Positions 55,221-56,050 of a DNA stretch of 56,050 bases are shown one piece after another. The stretch's first letter is position 1. Each line of letters starts with the position of its first letter. Under the pieces are notes generated by a model. That model was given only the letters and a program-made list of their open reading frames with translations, was not told the origin of the DNA and searched no databases. The translations under genes and the position numbers were made by a program. Source of the DNA: Gekko japonicus (Eukaryota); contig NW_015174859.1 in the NCBI RefSeq assembly GCF_001447785.1, forward strand, positions 699,808 through 755,857. Reading direction: 5' to 3'.

Positions 55221-56050
55221 ATCTTCGACGTGGTCTCTGTGCTTCACACCCATGGGATTCAGTGTGCATGCACTGGATCGATCGGGGCTGTAGCAAGCTC
55301 TATTTTAACGGATTTTCGCGCCCAGTCCCCGGGCATGCGCAGGAACCCCACCACGCATGCCCAGAGGGGTGGGTGCGGACATCCCACCAGTTCCTTTCTT
55401 ACCGCCGCGTTGGAAAGACCTGTTTCTCCATCGGTCTGATTGGATCGCTGTTAGCTTCAGCAAACCTCTCAGCTCTAGGAAATTATTTCCATACTTTATT
55501 CTTTTCTTTTCTCTTCATTGTTCTTCAGAATTTTTTTTTAAAAAAGGACTTTGTTTTCTCTGAGGGGAATTTACCTCAGCCCTTCGGGCTACACCCCACA
55601 CTTCTTATGGAGAAGAAGTGGGGATTTTTTAATAGGTGTCGACGTTGCGGAAGCAAACTTGCTCCTCCCGACCGGCACATTCTTTGTATTTTTTGCCTCG
55701 GGGAGTCTCATAAACCGGAGTCCTGTCGTCATTGTGCTCATTTCTCCAACCAAACAAGAAAAAAACGCACGGCGCGCCTTAAAGTAGCACTGCTTGAATC
55801 GGCTCTTGCCACACTGATGGAGGAGAGACCGTCCACGTCGACAGCTCCGACACCGAGGCCCGCCTTCGATGTTGACTGCCCAACACCGAAGCTACCGACA
55901 TCGAAGGCACGATCGACCGCTTCCACGCCTGTTAAGAAGAAGGCTAAGGCAAGTACAGAAGCCAAGTCCGCGAAGAAGGGCACCTCGAAGTCCCTCAAGG
56001 CGGCTAAGACGGGGAAGGCGGCGGTACAAGCACTGGGTGATGCCCCTGTA
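55221..56050 (+). mobile_element. DIRS1-like tyrosine-recombinase retrotransposon, 5' end
   Basis: CpG-rich ITR-like leader (catcttcga.gtggtctctgtgc...ccagttcctttcttaccgcc) followed by a gag ORF. Confidence 0.8.
55607..56050 (+). CDS. DIRS ORF1 (gag) N-terminus with Cys/His zinc-finger; open to window end
   Basis: MEKKWGFFNRCRRCGSKLAPPDRHILCIFCLGESHKPESCRHCAHFSNQTRKKRTARL. Absent from the ORF track because there is no stop. Confidence 0.75.
   Translation, partial: MEKKWGFFNRCRRCGSKLAPPDRHILCIFCLGESHKPESCRHCAHFSNQTRKKRTARLKVALLESALATLMEERPSTSTAPTPRPAFDVDCPTPKLPTSKARSTASTPVKKKAKASTEAKSAKKGTSKSLKAAKTGKAAVQALGDAPV

Overview
Vertebrate genomic DNA, very probably a squamate reptile. A gecko is likely, judging from Squam3-like SINEs with (CTT)n tails, Sauria SINEs, RTE-BovB, CR1, L2, Penelope and DIRS. 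The window covers the conserved CHERP - C19orf44 - CALR3 - EPS15L1 block: a probable CHERP 3' UTR end (1-380, +), C19orf44 (-, six coding exons found, 10051-774), a CpG-island bidirectional promoter, a complete 9-exon CALR3 (+, 10836-23578, 412 aa, ends KEEL), and 21 coding exons of EPS15L1 (+, 24008-54120, continuing beyond the window). Introns are rich in transposable elements. The most unexpected item is an intronless, internally deleted but stop-free fragment of PCM1 (about 37923-38549) in EPS15L1 intron 7. Other points: a CALR3 that keeps a full calreticulin-type P-domain and lectin residues, a reading-frame gap in C19orf44 across the intron holding a young CR1, a SINE tail serving as a polypyrimidine tract, a GC-AG intron and a 63-nt cassette exon in EPS15L1, a 43-bp minisatellite born inside a CR1, Penelope hammerhead ribozyme cores, and a DIRS element inserted into BovB. 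Exon boundaries were read by hand from splice signals and phase. Homologies rest on recalled protein sequences, not database searches. Assembly gaps lie at 7512-7598 and 40152-40427.
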